Below are positions 10,829 through 25,299 of a stretch of DNA of 64,000 bases, in pieces. The notes below the pieces were generated by a model. It did no database searches. It was not told where the DNA came from and saw only the letters and a list, made by a program, of their open reading frames with translations. Positions within the stretch are counted from its first letter, which is position 1. Each line of letters starts with the position of its first letter. Source of the DNA: Octopus vulgaris (Eukaryota); contig OX597814.1 in NCBI GenBank assembly GCA_951406725.2, forward strand, positions 15,810,001 to 15,874,000, in the 5' to 3' direction. A program made the translations under genes and the position numbers.

Positions 10829-13402
10829 TATCAAGTCATCCAATCAGTTCTGTCCAATTTTACCTTTTTTTTAGATTTGAATGAAATTTAATAGTATTTT
10901 CAAATATCTAATTCAATTAAAAATTATTTTTATGCATTTGTGTACGTTTAAACTAATTCAATATTGTTTTACAAAATAATAGAGGGTGTCCACAAAGTCT
11001 GCGTACATGGGGATTAACACATACTTTTAAAACAAACCAATTTTATTTAATTATAATGTTAATAAATAATATTTTCAAAGTGATTTCCATCATTTTTCAA
11101 TGCATAACTTGATGCGCCTTGCAAAATTCAGGTGAACTTGATTAAATAAGTCTACATTGCCATCAATTTCAGCACACTGCGTTCTCTCATGTGTTTTAAA
11201 TCTGTAATCTTTATTGTAATCTTTCTCTTTCAACATACCCCAGAAAAAGAAATCAAGGGGAGAAAGGTCTGGTGAACGAGGGGACCTTTCTATATGAGCC
11301 CTTCTTCCAATCCAGTGAGAAAAAGTGTCATTAAGCCAATCTCTAATAGTTGTGGCAAAATGGGTAGGAGCCCCATCCTGCTGAAACCAATTCGGAAGGC
11401 CCTCGCCTAGGCGCTCAATTTGAGATATTAATTTGTCTCTCAATATGTTTACAGAATTCTCATCCGTTACATGTTCAATGAAGAAGGGTCCTAGAACATG
11501 AGCTTTCCACAAACCACACCACACCTTCACCTTTTTGCTGCCTTGCTATTTGGATGGATCCATCCAATGTGGATTACCTCGAGACTAGTATAGAAGATTC
11601 TGTCTGTTGACCTCACCACTTACATTAAACGTAGCTTTGTCCCTGAACAACAAAGTGTTTCGTAAAATTGATATTTTCATCTAGTTTATCTGAAAACCAT
11701 TCGCACGTCTACATTCGTCTATCAGGGTCGTCTTCATTTAAGTGATGCAATATCTGTAGGTTGTATCGATGAAACTTTTCCTTAACCAGTATTTTGTGGA
11801 TGGTTGGTTTTGGAACACCTTACACCGTGGATGTCCGACGAAGTGATTTCTTTGGGCTAGCAGAAACTTTAGCCATGACAGCCTCTTTCGTTTCATCTGA
11901 AGCCTTTGATCGCCCGGAACGGGATTTATCCAAAACACTGCCTGTTTCTTTAAATTTCTTGATCAATTTCCCGATGGCAGTGAAAAAAATAGGTTACCTA
12001 TAAGGGTGTCGAAGATTAAATTCTTCCGCAATTTTGCGATAAGACCATCCCTCTCGTTCACTTAATAATACTAACTCGATTCTTTCTTCTTTAGACAGAT
12101 CCATCATTCGATCTGGGATTCTTTCTTCTTTAGACAGAGCCATCATTCGATCATCTGTAGAAAAAATAACAAATAAATTTAGAAAAGTAAAGTATTTTTT
12201 TTATTTAATTTAAACAAAAGTAAAAAAGGAAAATTATTATTTCTTATGCTTGTTTATGTTATGATTTTATTCCTTGTACCCAGACTTCGTGGACACCCTA
12301 TAATTGCTTTGATTAAAACCCTTTCAACATGGACGTATCCAAGGAGCATTTAAGGCACATATAATTTTTTATGAGTACAATAAAGGTAACTCTGCAGCCG
12401 AAGTGACTCGAAATATACACTCAGTTTATGGGAAAGTGCTTGAATGAAAGAACTTGCAGGAGATCGTTTGCAAAATTGAAGATGAAGATCGAATAGGATG
12501 TCCAGTTGAGTTTGATGATAAGCTCCTTGAGACATTACTTGAAGAAAATCCGTCATTATCAGTTGAAGAATTGGCAATAAAGCTTACTTCAAACCATACA
12601 ACAGTTCATCGTCATCTTCAACAACGTGGAAAGATTCCTAAACTTGGAAAATAGGTGCCTCATGTATTGTCCGAAAGCAACCGCAAATCCCGAGTTGACA
12701 CCTGCTCTTCTCTCCATTCTCGCAAACTCATTTCACCCTTTTTCGATAGACTTGTGACGAAAAATGGATCTTCTATCGAAATGTTAAACGTCGTAAACAG
12801 TGGCTTGGTAAAAGGGAAAATGCTCAACCACAACCGAGAAGGGAACTTCATGGGAAAAAGGTTCTACTCTATCTGATGCGATTGCAAAGGTGTAATTCAC
12901 TTTATATTGTTACCACCTAATGCAACAATCAATGTTCAAGTCTACTGTCAGCAATTAGAGCGTTTGAACCAAGCTTTGAAGGAAAAAAGAGCCGCTTTAG
13001 TGAGTCGAAAACGAGTGATGTTTCATGAGGACAATGCGCGACCTCACACTGCAAAGATCACATCACAGAAGATCGAAGAGGTCGGTTTGAAAAATTTCTT
13101 CATCCAACTTATTCTCCCGACCATTCTCCTTCAGGATACCATTTGTTTCATAGTTTACAAAATTATTAGGGGGACATAACTTTCGCAAGCCAGGAGGAGG
13201 TCGAACCTGACATTTCAGAGTTCTTCGCTTTGAAACAAAAAGAGCTTTACATTGATGGGATTAAAAAGCTTGTAAATAGATGGAAGTAAGTCATAGATAA
13301 TCAGGGAAAGTACATTGATGATTAACTTTCAATTAAATATAGCATTTGATCACTTGGATTCTTTATCCAAAATTCGGACAGAACTTATGGGATGACCTGA
13401 GA
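10829..13402 (+). mobile_element. Mariner transposon (pseudogenised), interrupted by a nested element
   Basis: TIRs TATCAAGTCATCCAATCAGTTCTGTCC and reverse complement TCTCAGGTCATCCCATAAGTTCTGTCC, TA flanks; fragments xVPHVL, MFHEDNARPHTA and a YSPD-like box; about 1.25 kb once the nested element is removed. Confidence 0.88.
10982..12300 (-). mobile_element. Tc1/mariner rosa-type (DD40/41D) transposon, pseudogenised
   Basis: TIRs GAGGGTGTCCACAAAGTCTGCGTACA and TAGGGTGTCCACGAAGTCTGGGTACA, TA TSD; ORF 11090-11530 WFQQDGAP...WIGR...RSPDLSPLDFFFWG with 40 residues between the last two Asp. Confidence 0.85.
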
Positions 13403-13586
13403 TATATACATCGGCGAAAATATATTTAAGACCGACGATAAAAGTTCTATTTCTTACAAAATATTTTGTTACTAACACCATACAAATTATTTATATCTTT
13501 TACACCTTAAGCAAAATTTATTTCTCTTTCGAATGATGCAAACAATTTTTATACAACTTGAAGAATTCTAATGCTAAATTAACATA

Positions 13587-13754
13587 TATTTCTTTACTGC
13601 CCACAAGGGGCTAAACATAGAGGGGACAAACAAGGACAGACAAACGGATTAAGTCGATTACATCGACCCCAGTGCGTAACTGGTACTTAATTTATCGACC
13701 CTGAAAGGATGAAAGGCAAAGTCGACCTCAGCGGAATTTGAACTCAGAACGTAA
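13587..13754 (-). mobile_element. SINE family B, 5'-truncated
   Basis: GGTCGACTTTGCCTTTCATCCTTTC...GATAAATTAAGTACCAG central domain and AATAAAGAAAT-type tail. Confidence 0.85.
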
Positions 13755-14366
13755 TATAAACGTTTCAAATTTATCGGCAAAATTAGTTTAACACCATGTA
13801 ATATGTATGCAATTTTTGGGGCCAAATTGGGTGGTCACACAACGAGCCTAAATGCACCATATAAAGTTATAATTTAATGTTATAATACAATTTATTAATA
13901 GTGGGAAAACAACGTAGCCTTAGTCCAGTCACGAGAGAAAAAATCGTATATTACAACAAAAAGTTTCCTTTTCGAACATCAGCAAGCAACTAAAGTGCAG
14001 TAAACCGGCTTGCGTGCAAGCGTGGAAGTTATACTCGGAGACTGGTCAATATAATTCGGCAAAGGACTACTAACAATATTTTGTAAGAAATATCGGTCTT
14101 AAATTTATTTTCGCCAGTGTGTATATTATATATATTTAATGTATATAATACGAGAATTTTAATGGAGATAACCTGCAGTATATAGTACAACATTTTTGTC
14201 TCCGTATATGAGCTAAGTATTAATAAAATGTGGTATACGATAAAAATTTCGGATATTTGTCTTAAAACATTCAGACAAGAAAATTCAGATGTAGCACATG
14301 AGGTATTATTCCATACGAATATACACATATATATATTAAGAGTTTCATGATAAAAATATAGTAATA

Positions 14367-14930
14367 TTGGGTTGTCCGGAAAGTTTGTGCCGATTTATTG
14401 TAGCTTATCTTTCGACTTATTTTAGAACATGTTTGAGTCCATAAAATAGGATTTGACAATACCTCCATTTAGAGCACAGTTTAAGCTATCTTTTCGTGGG
14501 AGAAGGTTTATGTTCCTATAACCTGTGTTAATTCTGTAACCCTTTAAAATAAAAGATGAGAAAGTTCATTTTCGGCACTTGATGCTTTGGGAACCAGACA
14601 AAAATTGCTGCAGCTCGACTGGGATGTTACCCCCACCCTCCCCATTCCCCAGATATTGCTCCTTCGGATTTCCACTTATTCAGGTCTCTGCAGAATAGTC
14701 TTAATGGTAAAAATTTCAATTCCTTGGATGACGTAAAAAGATACCTTGACGAATTCTTTGCCTTGAAACCACCTCAATTCTGGGAAGAGGGTATTTTCAA
14801 GGTAAATGAAAGATGGAGACGTATTGTGCAACGAAATGGTTCATATTTGGTTGATTAAAAATGTAATGGCAAGTATTTAGTGACCTTTACTTGCCTTTAA
14901 AAATCGGTACGAACTCTCCGGACAATCCAA
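14367..14930 (+). mobile_element. Internally deleted mariner (MITE-like)
   Basis: TIR TTGGGTTGTCCGGAAAGTTTGTGCCGATTT and its inverted partner, TA TSDs; residual PDIAPSDFHLFRSLQN. Confidence 0.88.
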
Positions 14931-15494
14931 TATAAACATAACAATGAAATACGAATATAAACATGAAAAATAAAGACCTAAATTGAAAGAGGCGATTAAA
15001 ATTTTTTTCCTAACCTGCAGCCGTTTCAGAAAAGTGGTTGTACGAAGTATTCGAAATTCAGCCCTCCTTCCTCAGGGTTCCTTTCTCAGGTAAAATCCAA
15101 CAAAAAGCAGTAAGGCACTACATGGTGAAAGTTCAGTTTTTGAATATCGTTTAAATGAGAAATGAAATTCATTGAAAGGTTAACTTTAGTTAATCATGCA
15201 AATAATAGCCAATGGGAATATTACACTCGCTACTATAAAAAAATAATTTAAGATTACAGGTTTGTGTATAAGTGTCCATTGGAGCTAATCATCTAATTGG
15301 GCCGTATTTTCAAAAAGCTTTTATATTGTAAAAAATTATATTTTAAAGTTGAAGAGAATTATAAGACGCTAAATATTTATGCTTACAAATACTAAAATGT
15401 CTGTAATTTTTTATATAGGGGTGAATAAATGAATTCTTGTGTCCCCTATATCTAATTTGAAAATTAGTAGTACTCCCTATATAAATTTTCCTAA

Positions 15495-15575
15495 GACCGG
15501 GGCGTTAAACCAATAAACCTGTTTGCTGTTTACACACCCGTCTTCGTCTTTTGTTCGTTTCTTTTGTAAATTCCA
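15495..15575 (+). mobile_element. 3' part of the PLE-associated repeat also seen at 55990-56085
   Basis: GCGTTAAACCAATA...CACCCGTCTTCGTCTTTTG resembles GAGCGCCATACTAATAC...CACCTGCCTTCGTCTTTGG. Confidence 0.45.
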
Positions 15576-15608
15576 AATATATATGTATGTATGTGTGTGT
15601 ATGCATAT

Positions 15609-15990
15609 ACTCTTTTTACTCTTTTACTTGTTTCAGTCATTTGACTGTGGCCATGCTGGAGCACCGCCTTTAATCGAGCAACACGACCCCAGGACTTATT
15701 CTTTTGTAAGCCCAGTACTTATTCTATAGGTCTCTTTTACCGAACCGCTAAGTAATGGGGACATAAACACACCAACAAAAAGGATGCCAACAACAATATA
15801 TATGGATTTCGTAGACAGGAACTGAAAAAAATCAATCGTATATATATATGTATATATGTAAGTGTATGTGTGTGTATTTGTCTCTGTGTTTCGCCCTCAT
15901 CACTGCTTCACAACTGCTGTTCATTTATTTACATCCACAAAACTTACTGGTTTCACAAGAACAAACTAATAAAATAAGTACTAGGCTTAT
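15609..15990. mobile_element. Two partial, oppositely oriented SINE family A fragments
   Basis: Minus-strand tail half at 15609-15775, then a degenerate plus-strand body. Confidence 0.65.
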
Positions 15991-16109
15991 CAACATAAAA
16001 AAGCACTAGGCTGTGTCTCATATTTTTGTTTGCCCACTCAGTTGTATCTATCAATTTATCTTTGTGTGTGTGTGTGTGTGTGTGTTATCTATATCTATAT
16101 CTATATCTA

Positions 16110-17393
<1,284 letters not shown>

Positions 17394-17739
17394 GTATATC
17401 TAGGTCTTATTCTCTACCGTGTTAAAAATGAAAAAAAGAACGACACGTTTCATAATATATTCGTAGATAGAAAATGCATGAAAAATAAAATAACGGGATG
17501 GACCTGGCTGAAATGCCGATTAGTTATGGGTATGCTAAATCAAAGTTATGATGGAGGCTAATTGTAAAATTGGTTTCGAATTTTGGCTCAAGGTCTGCAA
17601 ATTCAAGAAGGGCTAAATCGAATACATTGAAACCAGTGCTCAAATTGTAGCTGTTTTATCGATCCCGAAAGAATGAAGGGCAAAGTCGACCTCAGTGGAA
17701 TTTGAACTCAGAAAATAAAGTCGGACGAAATACCTATTT

Positions 17740-18385
17740 CTTTACTTACTTACTTGTACTTGTGGCGACATTCACCCTGGGCGGGTTGAGTTGGCTTCTT
17801 CTACCACCCTCGAGGCATCTCGAACCATGGCAGCCCACGCACGACGGTCCTGTGCTAGTTCACTGGAGATAGCGAGCCAGTCACGGTTCCATCGGCGCAG
17901 GCCGACCACCTGCGGTCCCGTGAGCACGGAGAGGTCCTCCTTGATCGTCGTAACCCAGGTCTTCAACTGCCTACCCGCGCGTTTCCGCCAGTTGGGAAGT
18001 GGAGTTGGGAGAAGGACATCACGGCTCAGTTCACCCACAGGATGTCTACATGCATGGCGAAACCACCGCAAGCGCCGTTGCAGAAGGACAGATGGAAGGA
18101 ACTGCTGAGACAGGCGAAGTCGGAGATTGGCGGTTGGAACTTGATCCACCCGACGGCAGCGAAGAATGCACCGGAGGCCATCATTGTCGAAGACTTCCAG
18201 CCTTCGTCGATCGACTACCCGCATAGGCCACGTTTCACAGCCATACAAAAGTACTGTACGAACGACGGTCTGATATATTCGCCATTTGGTCCCACAGATA
18301 TCCATTTAGGCGTCCAAAAGCAGATCGAGCAACATTGATACGATGATTGACCTCAGCCGCACCCTGACCGTTTGGGATCACACAC
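17740..18385 (-). mobile_element. RTE-clade LINE 3' fragment
   Basis: ORF 17772-18305 IYQTVVRTVLLYGCETW...QRRLRWF.H...R...KTW...DL...AQDR..W, upstream EVNHRINVARSAF, (CAAGTA)n tail. Confidence 0.88.
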
Positions 18386-18423
18386 TTCTTAATGAATTCT
18401 CAATGGCGAATACAATGGCGAAT

Positions 18424-18641
18424 ATTTCTTTGCTACCCACAAGGGGCTACACACAGGGAAGACAAACGGATTAAATCGATTATATCGACCCCAGTGCGTA
18501 ACTGGTACTTAATTTATCGACCCCGAAAGGATGAAAGGCAAAGTCGACCACGGCGGAATTTGAACTCAGAACGTAACGGCAGACGAAATACCGCTAAGCA
18601 TTTCGTCCGACGTGCTAACGTTTCTACCAGCTCGCCGCCTT
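18424..18641 (-). mobile_element. SINE family B, full length
   Basis: Head GGCGGCGAGCTGG, B-box GAGTTCAAATTCC, central domain and tail. Confidence 0.88.
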
Positions 18642-19634
18642 ATGTTAAATATTTAATAATATTAACAATGGATATGATAAAGTTGTCGAAATACGATACA
18701 AAAAGCTGGAAGTACATAGAAGAGATATGCTGCTATTCGGTTAGTTTATAAAGAAATAGTCAGTTTACTTAAGCTGAACCTAAGATTAATTAAACTGAGC
18801 TAATTACTATTTTATGACGAACCTTAGAGCCATGAAAGAGCACAACTTAGAAAATTTAATGATATTCTAATATTGTGTAGTGTAAGTAATAATTTATAGA
18901 CCAGTGGGGGAGTCTCTAATTAAGACTAATTGAAATGAGATAATTACAGATATTTAGAAATTTAATATTTCTATTTTTTGTGATCAGTGGATTTATTTTA
19001 TATATATATACATATACATGTATTCGTTATTTTTTCTCTCCTTATTCGTTACTTGTATAGAGTCCTGTAACTTTACGCCCCTCTCCCCTTCTCTTACTCA
19101 CGTCTTTAGCTTTCTGTTGCTTATAAGATAGCTACCTTTTCTTTTCTTCCCCCTCTCTGCATTTTACTTCTGGTCTATATGTATACACCAAGTGACTTTT
19201 GCACGCGAGAAAGATTGCGTATACATATGTGTACATGTATTTGTCTGTATATTTTCGTTTTGCATTTATATGTCTGTATATCTGTGCACATCTATCTGTG
19301 TATTTTGATGTATGCATGTATATTGATGGTTTAGTATGAGTATATACTGTTGTGAAATATTCTAATATATCTTAATTTCAATTTTTATGTATTAATTGTA
19401 TTAATCGAATTATATTTTCTACATAACTAATAACAATATGTATTTGAATCAACTCTTCGATTTAAGGTTTTTCCTCGATTTTTATAATTTATATTGAACT
19501 TATTTATTTTGTTTTGTATATTTTGTTTATCGCTCGCCTATGACCGTTATTTGAGAGGACCAATGAAACAAATCCATTTTTTTAAAGGTGTATCGTGTAG
19601 CTAGTTTTGATCAAATTGTTATCTCGGTTCTATT

Positions 19635-19690
19635 TTAACAAAACTGTCCGACGAACGGGAATGTGAAACTCCGAGTAACAGCTTTTGTTA
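19635..19690 (+). ncRNA. Minimal type-I hammerhead, core CCGACGA (U4C)
   Basis: ttaacaaaactgt CCGACGA ac-gggaat-gt GAAAC tccga GTA acagcttttgtta; 12-bp stem I with one bulge; followed by an AT-rich tail. Confidence 0.7.
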
Positions 19691-19708
19691 CATTTCTACT
19701 GCTTTTAA

Positions 19709-19758
<50 letters not shown>

Positions 19759-20183
19759 ACATACATAAACTTAACCTGAAGAAAATGTGTAATCTACACA
19801 AATTCATTCTTTCTGCCAAAACCAATTTGTCTTATACTCTCATGACAGATAAGGCTTCCAGGAGGTCTGATCACTAGAGAATTCCGTGTTCTGGACAATA
19901 TATTTAGAATGAGTTTTGGATAAAATCCCTAAGTTGCCATCGACAGTAGAAGCTACTTAATATATTTATTGAGAAGGTTATCAAACGGTTATTGTTATCA
20001 AATGTAATGAATCTGAAGTAAGGTTAGGTCATTAGGTTTAATGTTATCAACCAATTATTGATGCCTGCAAAGATTCCGTTCCATGAGTATTTGTAATGAG
20101 CAGCATCCAGTTTATATTTATATAAATTTTTTGAGCAAATGCGAACATTTCAAAATGTAATAAGAAAGAAAATAACCTATATA

Positions 20184-20416
20184 TATTTCTTTATTGCTCA
20201 CAAGGGGCTAAACATAGAGAGGACAAACAGGGACAGACAAACGGATTAAGTCGATTACATCGACCCCAGTGCGAAACTGGTACTTTTATTTATTGACCCC
20301 GTAAAGATGAAAGGCAAAGTCGACCTCGGCGGAATTTGAACTCAGAACGTAACGACAGACGAAATACCGCTAAGCATTCCGCCCGGCGCGCTAACGTGTC
20401 TGCCAGCTCGCCGCCT
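20184..20416 (-). mobile_element. SINE family B, full length with TSD
   Basis: 15-bp TSD AAAATAACCTATATA at 20169 and 20417. Confidence 0.92.
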
Positions 20417-20767
20417 AAAATAACCTATATAATCTGCTCTGGCTTCGAGTGACGTGTATCATTTTGGGAAAGTCAGGGAAAATGTTATTGGTGTCACCTT
20501 AGCTTGTGGTCTACTTGGCCATTTACACTTTTGTGTACAGTCTGAATCTAACCATAACACTAACACTAACTTTAACGATAGACCATGAACCCTAATCCTA
20601 ACCTTAAATCCAAGACCGAACCTAAACTGTAGCTCTAAGCATAACCCTAATCCCAACCCAGATCAGGTCATTTCTCAACGTAGACTACGGATATTGCGGT
20701 AGAATTCACGCCAAGAAGACCAGGAGAGGAATATGTATGGTCGATTGCAGTATTATCACCAAAAGTA

Positions 20768-21025
20768 AGGCGGTGAGCTGGCAGAATCGTTAGCACGCCG
20801 GGCGAAATGCTTAGCGGTATTTCGTCTGCCGTTACGTTCTGAGTTCAAATTCCGCCGAGGTCGACTTTGCCTTTCATCCTTTCGGGGGTGGATAAATTAA
20901 GTACCAGTTACGCAGTAATCGACTTAATCCTTTTGCCTGTCCTTGTTTGTCCCCTCTGTGTTTAGCCCCTTGAGGGTAATAAAGAAATTGGTATTTCGTC
21001 TGTCGCTACTTTCTGAGTTCAAATA
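20768..21025 (+). mobile_element. SINE family B plus a partial second copy joined at the tail
   Basis: Tail AATAAAGAAATTG runs directly into GTATTTCGTCTG of a second copy. Confidence 0.85.
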
Positions 21026-21039
21026 ACAATAACGGAAGC

Positions 21040-21056
21040 AGCAGCAACTACTACTG

Positions 21057-21091
<35 letters not shown>

Positions 21092-21103
21092 GTTACTACA
21101 ACA

Positions 21104-21145
<42 letters not shown>

Positions 21146-21187
21146 GTTACTAATGCTGCTACTGCTGCTGCCACTACTACTACTATG

Positions 21188-21218
<31 letters not shown>

Positions 21219-21228
21219 TTACTGTTAT

Positions 21229-21259
<31 letters not shown>

Positions 21260-21264
21260 GCTGT

Positions 21265-21303
<39 letters not shown>

Positions 21304-21320
21304 TACTACTGTTACTGTAG
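21040..21320. repeat. Imperfect (TAC)n trinucleotide microsatellite
   Basis: Direct reading; it explains the poly-Val ORF 21019-21432. Confidence 0.95.
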
Positions 21321-21931
21321 TCACGCGATGGTTAGGTAAATTAAAATAAATGCACATGAAACATCTACAAAAATTACACATCACAAAAAAAAAAAAATCA
21401 TCATTCCAAGGGAAGTAACTCTTTAGTATCACTGAAAAGTTATTTCCCTTAAGCGTTTCTTGGACTAAAATTGCTTATTTTATATTTTGTGTTTCATCAT
21501 TTGAACTTGATATATGTAAATATATTGAAAGATATCAAAAGCCATAACGGACCTCCCCACCCCCCGCGCGTGCACACACACACACACAAACACACACGCA
21601 CACACACATATATATTAAATAACCAGAAGCCGATACCTGGTTTTTGGATATCCCTAATTGCATAATATTTTTATTTGTGCTGTTAAATGTTTTAATCCTT
21701 TCTGTGTTCCTCGCATACTGTTTTTCTATGTTAGCTGTTATTTCTAGCAGGTGGATGCTTGCTAAGCTTCCTTACTCTTCGTACAAATTTATATTTCATA
21801 GCTAAATAATGCTATTGCGCCTGTGATCCACGTATGTCACTGCTGGTGATAACATCAATTTTAGAATTTATCCACAGATGATATGAACAGTAATGGCATC
21901 TAATTTCAAATCTCAGTGTTTGAATGTTTAG

Positions 21932-21978
<47 letters not shown>

Positions 21979-22002
21979 TCATACATACATACGTATTTGT
22001 AT

Positions 22003-22159
22003 TGAGACCCCCATCGGTCATGACTGAACCATGGGATTGCACCTAGAAAGTTACCTTCCCAAGCACAAGTCCGGGCAAGGTTGTTTACGGAAGGCCAGCA
22101 GTCGGCCATGCATACCAGCCTCCCTCTCCACGTTACCAGTGTTATCCAAGGGATAACCC
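22003..22159 (-). mobile_element. SINE family E, 3' half
   Basis: Reverse complement of the GGATAACACTGG...CATGACCGATGGGGGTCTC tail of 45998-46337. Confidence 0.8.
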
Positions 22160-22167
22160 TGTATATG

Positions 22168-22290
<123 letters not shown>

Positions 22291-22571
22291 ATATATATAT
22301 ATATATGTATGACCTTCGAAACATGGATTAGATGAAACAAAGGCGACTGAAGAAGGGGAATTTTCCTTGTTTTGTATGTCCTGTACTCTATTTTTTCGTT
22401 GTTTAAGAAAAATGTCCATTTCCTTGGTTTTGTGTTTATGTTTTCGTTTCTCATTGTGTTCGACGTTTTTTTTGGTGTCCTGTACCCATATATGCATGTA
22501 TATATACATGTAGAGGTAGGTACGTACATATATGTATGTATATATGCATATGTTTTATTTATTTATTAATT

Positions 22572-22634
<63 letters not shown>

Positions 22635-22930
22635 ATATATTTATATATGTATACATACATATGTATAGTATTGTCTCTCGGGGTATTGTCAATAATAATA
22701 AACACGCACTGCTTACTATTATTGGCGAAATGGTCTAGTGTGCGCGAGCGTGTGTGTGTCTATATAAGTGCGTGCGTGTCTAAGTGTGTATATATTTTTG
22801 TGCATGCATGATTGTGTATGCGTGAGTGTGTTTATCGCGCTGCAGGTTTACAACTGATAGGTTTGCTTACAACCCCGTAACTTACCCATTTAGCAAAAAT
22901 AGCGTGTGAATAAGGACCAGATTTTAAAAA

Positions 22931-23326
22931 TCTTTATATATAAAAGTGAAGTTGTGTGTCTGTCTCCTTCGATTTAGATTCCTAACTACTCCCACATTTT
23001 GCGGTGCAGTTTAACCAAAACCGGGTATCTTATAGTTGTGATTCATATCGAGCCCTTCTGGGTATTAGCGCGCGTCTACGATGAGTCTACGATTTTTAAA
23101 ATAATTTACCATCATTTTTTCCATTTTAATGCATTTTTTCGCTATTATATAAGGGAAGTAACTCTCTAAAAATGTCTACGATGAGTCAACGATTTAAAAA
23201 AAATTTCACCATAATTTTTTTTCCATTTTTAATGCTTTTTTTGCTATTTTTTGGCTATAACTCTCTAAAAATGCTTATATAGTTATTTCCCTTACAAACC
23301 CGAGCAACGCCGGGCGATACTGCTAG
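22931..23326 (+). mobile_element. Non-autonomous Helitron, complete
   Basis: A|TC start, internal duplication, 3' hairpin CCCG-agcaacgc-CGGG then CTAG|T. Confidence 0.8.
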
Positions 23327-23860
23327 TAAATACTAAAGGTTGATTTATTTGACTAAATGCTTCAAAGGTGGTATTGCTCTGGCATAGCTGCAGACTAAAT
23401 AACTCTAACAAATAAAAGACATGGTTGGTGGTATTCGAACTCAGAATATAAAAATCCGTAAGTAAATGCTGCAAGCCCTTTTCTCCGATGCACTGTGTCA
23501 CTAATTGTCTGGAGGAGTGTTCAGATTAACTGGAGATGTCCAACTCAGGGCAGAGCTCACTGATCATCTTGCATGTTTTCATTACATGCTGTTACGCCAT
23601 GAACGTCACACCACGTATTTGATAATTAATATCTAGACATTAGGAGGTCAACTTCGTCTTTCAATCTTAGATGGTCGATAAGATCAAAATGGTGGATTGG
23701 CAGAATTATTAGAGCCTGTGATAAGAAATCTTGCAGTATCTGTTCCAGATCAATCTACTCCGAGTCCAAATGCAATTCCGGCACCAAAAATGTTAGCAAT
23801 TCTGTTAAGAGTTACAACCTACAAAATGTACTAGCAATTCGAGAAGTCAATAGAAACATA

Positions 23861-24094
23861 GGAAGGCGGCGAGCTGGCAGAAACGTTAGCACACCGGGCA
23901 AAACGCTTAGCGGTATTTCGTCTGCCGTTACATTCTGAGTTCAAATTCCGCCGAGGTCGACTTTGCCTTTCATCCTTTCGGGGTTGATTAAATAAGTACC
24001 AGTTACGCACTGGGGTCGATATATTCGACTTAATCCGCTTGTCTGTCCTTGTTGTCCCCTCTGTGTGTAGCCCCTTTTGGGCAGTAAAGGAATA
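23861..24094 (+). mobile_element. SINE family B with TSD
   Basis: 9-bp TSD AGAAACATA at 23852 and 24095. Confidence 0.9.
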
Positions 24095-24181
24095 AGAAAC
24101 ATAATTTGCTTCTTCAATCAACTGGAAGACCCACTACCCCTATTACTACTTCATTTTATTTGTGTTTTATATATTATAGTA

Positions 24182-24507
24182 TGTGGAGGTGCGTAGCTTA
24201 GTGGTTTCTCTATTTGGCTTACGGTCGTAAGTTCGCGAGATCGATTTCAGGCGGCGCGTTGTACCTTTGAGCATAACATTCTATTTCTAGCTGTTCCAGT
24301 CCTCTCAGATGGCAAAAGTGAGTGGTATCTGTACATCAAAGATCCACCCTTCTCACATTCTGTACCACACTGAATCTCCCTGATAACTGCGCGGTAAGGG
24401 TGCGCGTGTCTGTAGAGTGCTCAACCACTTGTACGTTAATTTCGCGAGCAGGCTGTTCCGTAGTTCACATCAAATGGAACCCACGTCGCCGTAACCAACG
24501 GAGTGCT
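24182..24507 (+). mobile_element. Degenerate SINE with a D/E-type head and centre and a family C tail
   Basis: TTTGAGCATAACA...CCAGTCCTCTCAGATG centre joined to CTGAATCTCCC...CGCCGTAACCAACGGAGTG tail. Confidence 0.65.
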
Positions 24508-24732
24508 AATTTTTAATATTCTATTATATGTTATTAGGAGTGTTGTTAACTGTAGGGTTCAACAGTCCAAGCTCAGGTTGTCTGCGCGGTGACAAAGGAG
24601 TGTCTGTGCTGTTCAGGTGGAATAAATATCATGAGACATGTTTTATCTTTTAATTATTTTAGTCATTAGACGGTGGTCATGAAAGGTGCCGTCGAAAAAC
24701 TCAACTCCAGTTCTTGTTTTAAAAGTTATGTA

Positions 24733-25297
24733 TTGGGTTCTCCGGGAAATTCGTGCCGATTTATAGTAGCTTACCTTTCGACTTATTTTAGAACATGGTC
24801 GAGTCCGTAAAATAGGATTTGACTACACCTCCATTTAGAGCACAATTTAAGCTAACTTTTCGTGGAAGAATGTTTATGTTCCTATAACCTGTGTTAATTC
24901 TGTAACCCTTTAAAATGGAAGATAAGAAAGTTCATTTTCGACACTTGATGCTTGGGGAACCAGACAAAAATTGCTGCAGCTCGGCTGGGATGTGTTACCC
25001 CCACTCTCCTTATTCCCCAGATATTGTTCCTTCGGATTTCCACTTATTCAGGTCTCTGCAGAATAGTCTTAATGGTAAAAATTTTAATTCCTTGGATGAC
25101 ATAAAAAGATACCTTGATTATAGTATGTGGAGGTGCTATGAACCCACCTCAAATCTGGGAAGAGGGTATTTTCAAGTTAAAGGAAAGATGGAGACGCATT
25201 GTGCAACGAAATGGTTCATATTTGGTTGATTAAAAATGCAATGGCAAGTATTTTTTGTTTCCTTTAAAAATCGGCACGAACATTCCGGACAACTCAA
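24733..25297 (+). mobile_element. Internally deleted mariner, same deletion as 14367-14930
   Basis: Same TIRs, TA TSDs and the same junction CACTTGATGCTT-GGGAACCAGAC; ORF 24915 retains YSPDIVPSDFHLFRSLQN. Confidence 0.88.
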
Positions 25298-25299
25298 TA

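Noticed and set aside
22347-22385. CTGAAGA followed by a hairpin
   Set aside because: No GAAA after the stem.
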